Below, piece after piece: positions 35,789 to 45,356 of a stretch of 57,720 nucleotides of DNA. Positions within the stretch are counted from its first letter, which is position 1, and each line of letters begins with the position of its first letter. The notes under the pieces were generated by a model, which worked only from the letters and a program-made list of their open reading frames with translations, was not told the origin of the DNA and made no database searches. Position numbers and translations under genes: made by a program. The stretch is from NCBI GenBank assembly GCA_020446775.1, contig JAGREB010000035.1, positions 1 through 57,720 on the forward strand. The letters are read 5' to 3'. Source of the DNA: Paracoccaceae bacterium. GTDB taxonomy: Bacteria > Pseudomonadota > Alphaproteobacteria > Rhodospirillales > Rhodospirillaceae.

Positions 35789-37105
35789 TTGACTGATCAC
35801 GGCACACAGGAAGCTAACGCTCAATCGCGGCAGCCACCGGCCGTGGCGCCGCCCGCCGCGAAGATGGTCGCCGGCGCGTCCGTCGGCAACCTGGTTGAAT
35901 GGTTCGATTGGTATACCTATTCGGCCCTCGCGCTTTACTTTGCCCCGGCGTTTTTCCCGTCCGGCAATGCGACGGTGCAACTGATGAACGCCGCCGCCGT
36001 GTTCGCGGTCGGTTTCATGATGCGCCCTATCGGCGGTTGGATGCTCGGTGCCTATGCCGATCGGCACGGCCGCAAGGCCGCGCTGACGTTGTCCGTTCTC
36101 ATGATGTGTTTCGGATCGCTGATTATCGCGCTCACGCCCGATTACGGATCCATCGGCATCGCAGCCCCGGCCATGCTGTTGTTCGCGCGCTTGTTGCAGG
36201 GTTTGAGCGTCGGAGGCGAATACGGCGCGAGCGCCACCTACCTGACCGAAATCGCACCTCACGCCCGGCGCGGCTTCTTTTCGAGCTTTCAGTACGTGAC
36301 ATTGATCATGGGACAGTTGTTGGCGCTCGCGGCCCTGATAGCCCTTCAATTTGTGTTCCTGACACCGGAACAATTGGCCGATTGGGGTTGGCGCATACCA
36401 TTCGTCATCGGCGCCGGATGTGCTTTGGTCGCGCTATACCTGCGCCGGCAACTGACCGAGACCGAGAATTTCACTTCGGCCAAAAGTCGCGGCCGCGAAT
36501 CGTCGCTCCGCGCCCTCGCCCGACACCCGCGCGCGCTGTTGACGGTTGTCGGGCTGACCTTGGGCGGAACGGTCGCGTTCTATACTTACACGACCTATGC
36601 GCAAAAATTCCTCGCGAATACCGCAGGCTTTTCCAAGGAACAGGCGACGGCGACAAGTGCCGCCGCCCTGTTCGTGTTCATGCTGTTGCAACCGGTTTTC
36701 GGCGCGCTGTCCGACAGAATCGGCCGCAGGCCACTGCTGATCGGATTCGGCGTCTTCGGCACGCTTCTCACCTACCCGATCATGTCGACTTTGGCGACGG
36801 CAAACACGCCGGTGACCGCATTCGTCCTGATCGTCGCGGCGTTGCTGGTGGTCTCGGGTTACACGTCGATCAACGCGGTCGTCAAAGCCGAATTGTTCCC
36901 GACCGAAATCCGCGCCATGGGCGTGGCCCTTCCTTACGCATTGACCGTATCGATTTTCGGCGGGACGGCGGAATTCATCGCGTTATCCCTCAAGCAAGCC
37001 GGACACGAGAACTGGTTCTATTGGTACGTCACCGGCTGCATCCTGGTGTCGCTGTTGGTCTACATGGCCATGCAGGATACGCGCGCACGCGATCTCAACG
37101 CCTAA
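35789..37105 (+). CDS. kgtP: MFS metabolite:H+ symporter, alpha-ketoglutarate permease (KgtP)-like
   Basis: Long colinear similarity to my recollection of E. coli KgtP: GNLVEWFDWYTY..YFAP.FFPSGN, MRPIGGW..G..AD.HGRK, LLQGLSVGGEYG.SATYL.E, FQYVTLI.GQLLAL, LQP..GALSD.IGRR. The start is uncertain (TTG at 35789 or ATG at 35864). Confidence 0.8.
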   Translation: MTDHGTQEANAQSRQPPAVAPPAAKMVAGASVGNLVEWFDWYTYSALALYFAPAFFPSGNATVQLMNAAAVFAVGFMMRPIGGWMLGAYADRHGRKAALTLSVLMMCFGSLIIALTPDYGSIGIAAPAMLLFARLLQGLSVGGEYGASATYLTEIAPHARRGFFSSFQYVTLIMGQLLALAALIALQFVFLTPEQLADWGWRIPFVIGAGCALVALYLRRQLTETENFTSAKSRGRESSLRALARHPRALLTVVGLTLGGTVAFYTYTTYAQKFLANTAGFSKEQATATSAAALFVFMLLQPVFGALSDRIGRRPLLIGFGVFGTLLTYPIMSTLATANTPVTAFVLIVAALLVVSGYTSINAVVKAELFPTEIRAMGVALPYALTVSIFGGTAEFIALSLKQAGHENWFYWYVTGCILVSLLVYMAMQDTRARDLNA

Positions 37106-37108
37106 ATC

Positions 37109-37741
37109 TTACGCGATCCGCCCGCCGTCGACGTGGATCACGCGATCCGTCAGCCGCTCGATTTCGGCTTGATCATGGGACACGTACAAACAGGGAATTT
37201 GGAAGCGGTCGCGCAGGCCGATGAGGTAGGGCATGACTTCGTCCTTGCGGCGCGCATCGAGCGATGCAAGGGGTTCGTCCATCAACAAGAATGCCGGCTG
37301 CGACAATAACGCGCGTCCGATGGCGACGCGCTGTTGTTCGCCGCCGGACAAAGTCATGGGTTTTCGGGTCAGCAACCGGTCGAGCCCAAGCAAACCCACC
37401 ACGTCCTCGAACGCGATATCGATCTTGGCGGCTTTCGCCATGCCGTAACGCAGATTTCGCTCGACCGACATGTGCGGAAACAACCGCCGGTCTTGGAACA
37501 CGTAGCCGATGCGCCGCCGTTCGAGCGGAACATGGATGCCCGATGACGAGTCAAAGACCGGGCGGTCATGGATGTGAATCCGCCCGCGCGCGGGCGTCAG
37601 CGTTCCGGCGACCATATCGAGGATCGTGCTCTTGCCGGCGCCGGATGGCCCGAACAAAGCGGTAAAGCCGGGGCCCGCGTTGAATTTGACGGCGACCTCG
37701 AAATCGCCGCGGCTGATGGCGACGTCGACTTCAAGCGCCAT
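37109..37741 (-). CDS. modC: molybdate ABC transporter ATP-binding protein (short form without a C-terminal TOBE domain)
   Basis: Walker A GPSGAGKST, signature LSGGEQQRVAIGRAL and Walker B FLLMDEPLASLD. ATG at 37741 lies 7 nt after the modB stop, and the ORF track start at 37987 is read-through into modB. The product is about 210 aa and ends right after the ABC core. Confidence 0.85.
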   Translation of the reverse strand: MALEVDVAISRGDFEVAVKFNAGPGFTALFGPSGAGKSTILDMVAGTLTPARGRIHIHDRPVFDSSSGIHVPLERRRIGYVFQDRRLFPHMSVERNLRYGMAKAAKIDIAFEDVVGLLGLDRLLTRKPMTLSGGEQQRVAIGRALLSQPAFLLMDEPLASLDARRKDEVMPYLIGLRDRFQIPCLYVSHDQAEIERLTDRVIHVDGGRIA

Positions 37742-37748
37742 GGGTCGC

Positions 37749-38432
37749 TCAGTCGCGGCGGATGCGGTGGTTGAGAATCTCGCTGGTGATGATGGCCCCA
37801 AGCGACAATCCGATGGCAAAAAGCGACAGCCGCAGAGCATTGTCATCGCCACCCGGACTTTGCAGAAACGTATAAATGGCGATCGGCAATGTTTGAGTCT
37901 CGCCGGGAATATTCGAGACAAAGGTGATCGTCGCGCCAAACTCGCCGACGCTGCGGGCAAACGCCAACACCGCGCCCGCGACCACACCCGGGAGTGCGAG
38001 CGGCAGGGTGATCGTGAAAAACGCGCGCCACGGCCCCGCCCCTAACGACCGCGCCGCCGTTTCAAGCCGCCGGTCGACGGATTCGAGTGAAAGCCTGATG
38101 CTGGTCACCATCAACGGCAACCCCATGACGGCAGCGGCCAGCGCGGCGCCCGTCCACTTGAATGCCAGGGTAATGCCGAACCAGTCGTAAAGCGCCGCGC
38201 CGATGACGCCGCTGCGCCCAAATCCGAGGAGCAGCACATACCCCGTGACCACCGGCGGCAGAACGAGCGGCAGCATGATCGCGCCCGACACAACCGGCTT
38301 TAGGACGAAATCTTTACGGGCAAGCATGTACGCAAGCGCGAAACCGAACGGCAAGCTGACAACGACGCTTGCAGCACCGATTTTAAGACTCAGGAAAATC
38401 GCGGTGAGTTCAGGTTGCGTCAATGCGTCCAT
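37749..38432 (-). CDS. modB: molybdate ABC transporter permease
   Basis: A 227-aa ORF with the EAA-type loop ETAARSLGAGPWRAFFTITLPLALPGV. It lies between modA and modC. Confidence 0.85.
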   Translation of the reverse strand: MDALTQPELTAIFLSLKIGAASVVVSLPFGFALAYMLARKDFVLKPVVSGAIMLPLVLPPVVTGYVLLLGFGRSGVIGAALYDWFGITLAFKWTGAALAAAVMGLPLMVTSIRLSLESVDRRLETAARSLGAGPWRAFFTITLPLALPGVVAGAVLAFARSVGEFGATITFVSNIPGETQTLPIAIYTFLQSPGGDDNALRLSLFAIGLSLGAIITSEILNHRIRRD

Positions 38433-38456
38433 GCCGATGTCTTTCGCGCGCCCGGT

Positions 38457-39245
38457 TCAAAGAGCCGTGAAACCGAAGTGGCGATAGATCGCCCTTGCAG
38501 CATCCGAGCGCAAGTAATCGAGAAGGCTTCTCGCCGGCGCGGTATCGCGCCCGGCGATAATTGCCATGGGATACACGATGGGTGGATGGGAAGCGGCGGG
38601 AAACGTGCCTGCGACCGCAACACGATCCGATGCGGCAGCGTCGGTACCGTAGACAATCCCGGCGGGAACTTCCCCGCGTTCTACGAACGCAAGCGCCGAG
38701 CGTACGTTGTCGGCGCGCACCAGCCGGTCCTTGAGCGAGGGCCAGGCGCCCATCGCCTCAAGTGCGGCTTGGGCGTACCGGCCTGCCGGTACCGCACTTG
38801 GATCGGCAATGGCCAGCAGGCCGTCGCCAAGCGCACCCGCCAAATCAAAACCAGGTCGAATTTCGATCGTAATCGGCCGGGTGCGCGGTGCGATCAGGAC
38901 CAGAGAATTCCCAACCATATCGGCCCGCGTTCCGGCGACAACACGGTCACGCGCTTGCAGATAATCCATCCACTGTTCATCGGCGGAAATAAAGATATTC
39001 GCCGGCGCGCCGTGTTCGATTTGCCGCGCGAGCGCCGAACTGGCGGCGTGGGCGAAGACGGGGCGTGGAAAACCACGCGCCGCGTAATCGTCGGCCAACG
39101 CCACCGCCACGTCGGTCAGGCTCGCAGCCGCGAAGACCAAGGGCGGATCAGCCGCGCGGACCACTTGAAACGGCATGGCGATTGCCGCCACGGTGAGCAG
39201 AACTGCCAGCGGTAAACGCGCAACGAAGGATTTCGGTTTCGACAT
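38457..39245 (-). CDS. modA: molybdate-binding periplasmic protein
   Basis: A signal peptide followed by LVFAAASLTDV...FISADEQWMD...GEVPAGIVYGTDA, the ModA pattern. Confidence 0.85.
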   Translation of the reverse strand: MSKPKSFVARLPLAVLLTVAAIAMPFQVVRAADPPLVFAAASLTDVAVALADDYAARGFPRPVFAHAASSALARQIEHGAPANIFISADEQWMDYLQARDRVVAGTRADMVGNSLVLIAPRTRPITIEIRPGFDLAGALGDGLLAIADPSAVPAGRYAQAALEAMGAWPSLKDRLVRADNVRSALAFVERGEVPAGIVYGTDAAASDRVAVAGTFPAASHPPIVYPMAIIAGRDTAPARSLLDYLRSDAARAIYRHFGFTAL

Positions 39246-39265
39246 CGGTTAAGTGCAAGGGTATA

Positions 39266-39289
39266 CGATATATCTAACAGAATATATCG
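39266..39289. promoter_or_regulatory. Mo-box-like operator (candidate ModE-family binding site) upstream of modA
   Basis: A perfect inverted repeat CGATATAT-N8-ATATATCG lies 21 nt upstream of the modA ATG. It fits the CGnTATAT...ATATAnCG pattern of ModE operators. Confidence 0.7.
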
Positions 39290-39324
39290 CTACGCTTCCC
39301 CCATGGCGAATCTAATCCGCGCGA

Positions 39325-39687
39325 TCAGCGTCGGGGCACTTTTGCCAGCTTTCTCAATTTTTTGAGCGCGGGCAAAAGCCCCGCGGCCGTCTTTCGCTCG
39401 ACGGCCCGGTAAAGCTTGAGGACGGCTTGACCTTCGGTTGTGAGTTCGGCGCCCCCGCCACCGCCCTTCCCGCCCTTGGACTTGCGGATCACCGGTTTGG
39501 CGAATTGGCTATTGAGCTCGTCGAGCAGCAGCCATGCGCGCCGGTAGCTCATGCGCATCGCCCGGGCGGCGGCCGAGATCGAGCCGGTTTTATGGACCGC
39601 TTCGAGAAGCTGAGCCTTGCCCGGACCGAACGAGAGCGACGGAGTCACGTGGATACGGAGATGAAAATCTTTGTTGTGCTTGACCAT
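39325..39687 (-). CDS. ModE-like transcriptional regulator, N-terminal wHTH domain only (no Mop domains)
   Basis: A 120-aa ORF. FGPGKAQLLEAVHKTGSISAAARAMRMSYRRAWLLLDELN is the ModE N-terminal DNA-binding domain. The protein ends before any Mop/TOBE repeat. Confidence 0.8.
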   Translation of the reverse strand: MVKHNKDFHLRIHVTPSLSFGPGKAQLLEAVHKTGSISAAARAMRMSYRRAWLLLDELNSQFAKPVIRKSKGGKGGGGGAELTTEGQAVLKLYRAVERKTAAGLLPALKKLRKLAKVPRR

Positions 39688-39747
39688 GGCGGAGGTGTCT
39701 TCGAACTGCGCGCCACACCATAACCAGAAAACGTGTGAATGTACGAT

Positions 39748-41067
39748 CTAATCGGCAGAGCCGGGTGGATTGAGATCGATGATCGAATACCCGCCCACCG
39801 CAACGGCGGCAATCGCGACCAAAGCGGCAAATACACCCGCATCGCCTCCGTACACATGCACAGGACCGAGCAATGCCGCACCGCCCGAGGTGCCAAGATT
39901 GACGAATGCCATGAATAGCGCGAATTGCGTGGCCGCGATTTCGTGGACGCTGATGCGCATCGCGATGGCGTAGATCGAGACCGACATCAAAACGAACAGG
40001 ATTTTGTACGCGACAACATACGCGATCATTACGGCGCGCACGTCCCAAAAGCTTTGCGACAGGGCAATACCACCATGGATAACAGCCATGATCATGAGCG
40101 TTGCAAGCAAAGTGCGTTTCGCGCCAAACCGGTCGGTGAGGAAACCACCGGCTACGATCCCGAATATGCCCCCAATCAGCCCGGCCGAACCGGCGAGTTC
40201 CGTGAAATCCGTATCGGCCCACTTCAGGCTCTGCACGGTGATCACGGGCATCGCCGCCATGAACAATCCGTAGGAGGCCAAGGCGACAAACGTTGCGGCG
40301 GCGAAACCGACGCTGCGCCGGGTCAGCGCCGCCCGAAACAAACTGCGCACAATCGCGGCCCAATTTCCGATATGATACGCGCGGGCACGGGTCGACGCCG
40401 CGCCCGCGGACCACGGTAGAAATCGTTCACCGGACCTTTCTCGAAATACAATGGCGGCCACCATGATCGCGGCGACCGCAATCGCCGTCGTCAAAGCCGC
40501 GGCGCGCAAACCGTAGGACGACAGCAGCCACCCCGTGACCGCAGCCGATCCTGCGATTCCCAAGACCTTGCTCCCCCACATCACCCCGTTTGCACTCGCC
40601 TGTTCCTTTGGGGGCAATACATCGATCGCCATACCGTCGACCGCGACATCCTGAAATGCGCCGCACGTGTTGATAATCACGCCGACGAACATGAGCGCCG
40701 CCATGTCGGTTGGATCGTCGAGCATTCCCAGCACGATGAGGGACACGACTAAACCGGTTTGCGCGGCAAGCACCCATGGGCGCCGCCGGCCCATGGCCAG
40801 GAACGTCCAGCGATCCATGAGCGCGCCGTTGATCAGCTTCAGACTCCACGGCAACAAGATGACGCCGATGAAACCGCCGATCGCCGACGCACCGACACCT
40901 TGCGCGGCGAGCCATGCCGGTACAGAGACATAAAGCAATCCTTCGGGAAGACCTTGTGCAACATAGAGTGCACCGAACGTCGCCAATCGCAGACGCGGAC
41001 TATCCGCGAGCACCGGCCACTCGCCGCCTTCGGCATGCGACGATTTTTCTTGGTCTAAAGCGTTCAT
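39748..41067 (-). CDS. MFS transporter (AmpG/PAT-family-like)
   Basis: A 439-aa ORF with about 12 TM segments. YVAQGLPEGLLYVSVPAWL...LPWSLKLINGALMDRW resembles the AmpG-type motif PxSxKxxWxPxxDR. Confidence 0.65.
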   Translation of the reverse strand: MNALDQEKSSHAEGGEWPVLADSPRLRLATFGALYVAQGLPEGLLYVSVPAWLAAQGVGASAIGGFIGVILLPWSLKLINGALMDRWTFLAMGRRRPWVLAAQTGLVVSLIVLGMLDDPTDMAALMFVGVIINTCGAFQDVAVDGMAIDVLPPKEQASANGVMWGSKVLGIAGSAAVTGWLLSSYGLRAAALTTAIAVAAIMVAAIVFRERSGERFLPWSAGAASTRARAYHIGNWAAIVRSLFRAALTRRSVGFAAATFVALASYGLFMAAMPVITVQSLKWADTDFTELAGSAGLIGGIFGIVAGGFLTDRFGAKRTLLATLMIMAVIHGGIALSQSFWDVRAVMIAYVVAYKILFVLMSVSIYAIAMRISVHEIAATQFALFMAFVNLGTSGGAALLGPVHVYGGDAGVFAALVAIAAVAVGGYSIIDLNPPGSAD

Positions 41068-41204
41068 ACCTTCGGACTCATCGATAGTGCATTGTGCTTT
41101 TGTGCCAATAGCGATGGAATCTCATGGATTTCTGTGGCATACTCAAACGTATCACGCATCGATACGCATTGATCGCGATTCGATCAGCAAAAAATTGGTG
41201 ATTC

Positions 41205-42755
41205 ATGGCACAAGCATTGCAACGAGCAATGCTGCGTGTGCGCCGCGCAGCCTTGCCCGACATTCCACACATCCGCGATGTAATGGCGCGCGTCTACACC
41301 GACATGCCCGGTTATTCGGAAGACATGTTGCGCGGCCAAATGCTGAAGTTTCCGGAAGGCCAGCTGGTTGCCGAATACGACGGCAAAGTTGTCGGCTATT
41401 GCGCAACTTTCCGAATCTCGGAACCGATCGCACTCGCCAATCATACCTGGGGCGAGATCACGGGCGGCGGCTTCGCGGCGCGCCACGATCCAACCGGAAA
41501 TATTTTGTATGGTATGGAGGTCGCAGTCGATCCGGCCCTGCGCGGCTTGCGCATCGGGCAGCGCCTTTACAACGAACGCAAAAACCTGTGTCAGAAATTC
41601 GGACTAAAAGGCATCGTTTTTGCCGGCCGCTTGCCCGGATTGGCGCGCAAACTCAAAGACGTCGGCACCGTCGAAAACTACATCGAACTTGTTCAGACGC
41701 GTAAAATCCGCGACCAAGTTCTGTCTTTCCAGTTGCGAAACGGTTTTGAATTTCTGCGCGCGCTGCCCGATTACATCAAATCGGACAAGGCCTCGCTGGG
41801 CTATGCGGCGCTGATGATGTGGAAAAACCCGCGCTGGCACGAACCGATCACGGCCCCCAACATGCCATCGGAAACAAAGCGGATCGTTCGTGTCGCGTGC
41901 GTTCAGTACCAATTGCGGCAGGTACAGTCGTTCGAGGAGTTCGGTCGAAACGTTGAATACTTCGTCGACGTGGTTGCCGACTACAAAGCGGATTTTGTGT
42001 TGTTTCCGGAACTCTACACGCTTCAACTTTTGTCGTTCATGAAGGAACGATTGACCCCGGAACAATCGATCGCCGAGCTGACCCAGTTTACCGAACCCTA
42101 CAAGAACCTCATGAGCCAGTTGGCGGTGCGATATAACGTCAACATTATCGGCGGCAGCCATCCCTCGCGGCAGGAAGACGGCGATATTCATAATGTCGCC
42201 TATATTTTCCTGCGCGACGGCTCGATCTATACGCAGGAAAAAATCCACCCGACTCCCAATGAAAAATATTGGTGGAACATTCAAGGCGGCAATGCGCTCT
42301 CGGCGATTCCGACCGATTGCGGCCCCATCGGCGTGTTGATTTGTTATGACTGCGAATTTCCCGAGCTGCCGCGTCACCTTGTCGACCAGGGCGCGCAGAT
42401 TCTGTTCGTTCCGTTCTGCACCGATACGCGCGAGGGCTACAACCGTGTGCGTTATTGCGCCGCTGCGCGCGCCGTTGAGAATCAGGTTTACGTCGCGCTG
42501 GCCGGCAACGTCGGCAATCTGCCCAATGTGAATAATCTCGATATCCAATACGCGCAAAGTTGCGTTTTGGAGCCGTGCGACTTCGGGTTCGCCCGCGATG
42601 GAATCGCGGCCGACACCACGCCGAATACGGAGATGGTCGCCATTGCCGACCTTAGGCTCGATGAACTCGATGCCGCACGAACCGCCGGTACGGTCCGCAA
42701 TCTCGGCGACCGCCGTTTCGACCTTTACTCGGTCGTCTGGAGCGAGAAAACCTAA
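41205..42755 (+). CDS. bifunctional GNAT N-acetyltransferase / carbon-nitrogen hydrolase (nitrilase superfamily) fusion
   Basis: The N-terminal GNAT motif A is VAVDPALRGLRIGQRLY. The C-terminal CN-hydrolase triad context is FVLFPELYT (Glu), YTQEKIHPT (Lys) and GVLICYDCEFPE (Cys). Confidence 0.85.
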   Translation: MAQALQRAMLRVRRAALPDIPHIRDVMARVYTDMPGYSEDMLRGQMLKFPEGQLVAEYDGKVVGYCATFRISEPIALANHTWGEITGGGFAARHDPTGNILYGMEVAVDPALRGLRIGQRLYNERKNLCQKFGLKGIVFAGRLPGLARKLKDVGTVENYIELVQTRKIRDQVLSFQLRNGFEFLRALPDYIKSDKASLGYAALMMWKNPRWHEPITAPNMPSETKRIVRVACVQYQLRQVQSFEEFGRNVEYFVDVVADYKADFVLFPELYTLQLLSFMKERLTPEQSIAELTQFTEPYKNLMSQLAVRYNVNIIGGSHPSRQEDGDIHNVAYIFLRDGSIYTQEKIHPTPNEKYWWNIQGGNALSAIPTDCGPIGVLICYDCEFPELPRHLVDQGAQILFVPFCTDTREGYNRVRYCAAARAVENQVYVALAGNVGNLPNVNNLDIQYAQSCVLEPCDFGFARDGIAADTTPNTEMVAIADLRLDELDAARTAGTVRNLGDRRFDLYSVVWSEKT

Positions 42756-42762
42756 CTCCGGC

Positions 42763-43932
42763 TCAACCGAACTGCGGCAAACCCAGCATCAGGCGCCCGA
42801 CGCGGAGTTTGACGACGTCGTCGGTGGGCGCCATGACCGATCCGGCCTGAGCATCGCGCAAATAACGGCCCAGAGAATTGGCGCCGGCATAACTTTTCCC
42901 GCCACCAATGTTCATCGCCGCGCGCGCAACCTCAAGCGCGGTCTCGTCGGCGGCGCATACACACTGAATTAAATGCCGCGGATCGGCCGCGCCTTCGTCG
43001 TCCATTTGGCGCGCCACCGCCATGACGAAGGCGCGCGTGCGATCGATCGACAACCGCATCTCGCCCAGATAACGCTGGATACCGTCGAGTTTCGCGAGCG
43101 GCGAACCGGTGTCGCCGTATTTGCGCCCGGTAACGTGCGCCATGGCTTCTTCGCACGCGCCTTCGGCGATTCCGAGAAACACCGCGGCAAAGGTGATCAT
43201 CGAGAACGGCATGAAAGCGGGAAATACCCGTGTTTGCCAGGCGCATTCGTCACCCAGGCGATTGCGGGAAGCCTTCACGCTGCCTTTGAAGGTCATCGGC
43301 GAGGATGCGTTGGCGCGCATGCCAAGACCGTTCCATGGCGCGTCGATGGTCCACTGCGTCGCGGCCTTTTCGATCACGAATGCGGTGTAATTGCCGGTCC
43401 CTGCCCCCTTGTCGTGCAAGACGGGCGTAAAATAGAGATCGGCATGGCCCGATGACGTGACCCAGCCTTTATGGACTTCGGTCAGGTCATACTTGTCGCC
43501 GTTTCGCGTGGCGTGGCTTTGCATCACCCAGGTGTGCGACCCGGTACCGGCTTCGGAGATCGCGGAGGTCACCAGCAGTTTGCCGGCTGCAATCGGTTTC
43601 ACGAACGCTTCGACTTGTTCGGGATTGGCGAGGCGCCAGATCGGCTCGGTCGCTTCCGAGTGCATCTTGAAGCACATGGCCGTGGACGCGCAGGCGCGCG
43701 CCAAACGCTCGATCACCATGACAGCGGTTTGCACATCGGCGCCGAGCCCGCCCCACTTCGCCGGAATACGCATGCCAAAAAGGCCGGCCTTGGCGAGTTC
43801 GTCGAAATTCGCGCGCGGGAATTCGGCGGTGCGGTCGACCTCGTCGGCGCGTGGGCGCAGGACATCGCCGGCTAATTGCTCGGCGAGCTTAACCAGATTT
43901 TCCTGACGCGGCAGCGGCGCGAACAAGGTCAT
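42763..43932 (-). CDS. acyl-CoA dehydrogenase family protein
   Basis: A 389-aa ORF. ...DRTAEFPRANFDELAKAGLFGMRIPAKWGGLG... and the C-terminal GGKSYAGANSLGRYLRDAQAG fit the ACAD fold pattern. Confidence 0.8.
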   Translation of the reverse strand: MTLFAPLPRQENLVKLAEQLAGDVLRPRADEVDRTAEFPRANFDELAKAGLFGMRIPAKWGGLGADVQTAVMVIERLARACASTAMCFKMHSEATEPIWRLANPEQVEAFVKPIAAGKLLVTSAISEAGTGSHTWVMQSHATRNGDKYDLTEVHKGWVTSSGHADLYFTPVLHDKGAGTGNYTAFVIEKAATQWTIDAPWNGLGMRANASSPMTFKGSVKASRNRLGDECAWQTRVFPAFMPFSMITFAAVFLGIAEGACEEAMAHVTGRKYGDTGSPLAKLDGIQRYLGEMRLSIDRTRAFVMAVARQMDDEGAADPRHLIQCVCAADETALEVARAAMNIGGGKSYAGANSLGRYLRDAQAGSVMAPTDDVVKLRVGRLMLGLPQFG

Positions 43933-44219
43933 GGCGGCCTTTCGTTGCCTCGGGCGGCCCGGAATCGTCCGACAACCGGGCGCGCCGCCAAATCGAATTT
44001 TGCGGCGACCGGCCGATCACGTCAGCCGCCGCGCACGAGTATGTGCACATAACGAGCACACAAATCTACCGGAGCACACGCGAGCGGGCGCGACGGGCCG
44101 AGACCCGAAATAAGCCTACCCGCACGGCGATGTGATGAGCGGCGCAACGGCATGTCCCTTTATGGCGGGCGCATTTGGCCTTATCTGTTAGGTAACCCAC
44201 CCGCCCGCAGGAGCGCCCC

Positions 44220-44870
44220 ATGTGGACCCTTTCCCGTGCCAAAGCCGCTATGCCCAGACGCGAAGACGCGCTCCCCGGCCGCACCGTGCGGATGCCGGTC
44301 CCCGAAACGCACTTCGTGAACGGCAGCCGCCTGACCGAACCGTTTCCGCAAGGGCTGGAAACGGCGATGTTCGGTTTGGGGTGTTTCTGGGGTGCGGAGA
44401 AACTGTTCTGGCAAATCCCGGGGGTCTATTCGACCCAGGTCGGCTACGCCGCCGGATTCACGCCCAACCCGACCTACAAAGAGGTGTGCAGCGGTCTGAC
44501 GGGCCACAACGAAGTGGTGCGCGTGGTGTTCGATCCGGCCAAGGTATCCTACGAGGCGCTTGTGAAGAAATTCTGGGAAGGTCACGACCCAACCCAAGGC
44601 ATGCGCCAGGGCAACGATGTCGGCTCGCAGTATCGGTCGGGAATCTACGTCTATTCTCCGGGACAACGCAAAACCGCCGAAGCCTCGAAAACGGCCTATG
44701 AAAACGCGCTGGGCGACAAAGGATACGGCCAGATCACGACGGAAATCTTGGATGCGCCGGAATTCTATTACGCCGAGGATTATCACCAGCAGTATCTCGC
44801 CAAGAATCCCGGCGGTTATTGCGGCCTCGGCGGAACGAACGTAAGCTGCCCGGCGTTTGCGGCGGAGTAA
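44220..44870 (+). CDS. msrA: peptide-methionine (S)-S-oxide reductase
   Basis: [55 protein letters not shown] is the canonical MsrA GCFWG active-site block. Confidence 0.95.
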   Translation: MWTLSRAKAAMPRREDALPGRTVRMPVPETHFVNGSRLTEPFPQGLETAMFGLGCFWGAEKLFWQIPGVYSTQVGYAAGFTPNPTYKEVCSGLTGHNEVVRVVFDPAKVSYEALVKKFWEGHDPTQGMRQGNDVGSQYRSGIYVYSPGQRKTAEASKTAYENALGDKGYGQITTEILDAPEFYYAEDYHQQYLAKNPGGYCGLGGTNVSCPAFAAE

Positions 44871-44875
44871 AGAAT

Positions 44876-45346
44876 ATGAAAAAAGCAATCGGTGCATTGT
44901 TCTGCGCGGCGATTTTCGCAGCGCCCGCTATTGCCGAAACACCGGTATTCAGCGCGGCGCCGACGATCCTGGTGCGCTCACCCAATCCGGCAGAGTTGGC
45001 CAAGTTCTACATCGCGCTCGGCTTCAAGACCGACCGCGTCACATCCAATGGCGGTGTGATATTTCACCTCGAGGGCGACGTCGGCTCGCTTGAAGTCATC
45101 CAGATGGATCCCAACACGCAGCCGGCCATGGGCAAGACGTCGCGCACGCAGCAAGGCGTCGTGGCGATCTTCGAAGTGAGCGATCAGGACGAAGTGATCC
45201 GGCGCGCCAAGGAAAACGGCGCAACGCTGGTCGAACCGTGGCACGCATCAGACCGTCCGGTGACGATCTATTACATCGGCGATCCCGAGAACAATATTCT
45301 CGGCTTCGCGCCACGCCACCACAATCCGACCATTAAGACTCCCTAA
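44876..45346 (+). CDS. VOC/glyoxalase-fold protein with signal peptide
   Basis: MKKAIGALFCAAIFAAPAIA signal, then a beta-alpha-beta-beta-beta-like module (FYIALGFK...FHLEGDVG...IFEVSD...AKENGATLVEP...YYIGDPENNILGF). The ORF track start at 44819 overlaps msrA. Confidence 0.55.
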   Translation: MKKAIGALFCAAIFAAPAIAETPVFSAAPTILVRSPNPAELAKFYIALGFKTDRVTSNGGVIFHLEGDVGSLEVIQMDPNTQPAMGKTSRTQQGVVAIFEVSDQDEVIRRAKENGATLVEPWHASDRPVTIYYIGDPENNILGFAPRHHNPTIKTP

Positions 45347-45356
45347 CACCTGGCAC

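Noticed and set aside
35699-37224. Long alternative-frame and antisense ORFs over the KgtP-like gene (35899-37224 plus strand, 441 aa; 35699-36373 minus strand, 224 aa).
   Set aside because: The 35789-37105 frame matches KgtP block for block. The competing frames are Arg-rich with no membrane-protein character, so they are GC-driven open frames.
41604-42557. A 317-aa minus-strand ORF antisense to the GNAT-nitrilase gene. Similar antisense ORFs occur at 48045-49013, 49146-49649, 54409-55167, 55005-56063, 44181-44897 and 39590-40414.
   Set aside because: Each overlaps a sense-strand CDS with clear family motifs. All are Arg/Gly/Asp-rich and lack motifs. They are interpreted as shadow ORFs of GC-rich coding DNA.
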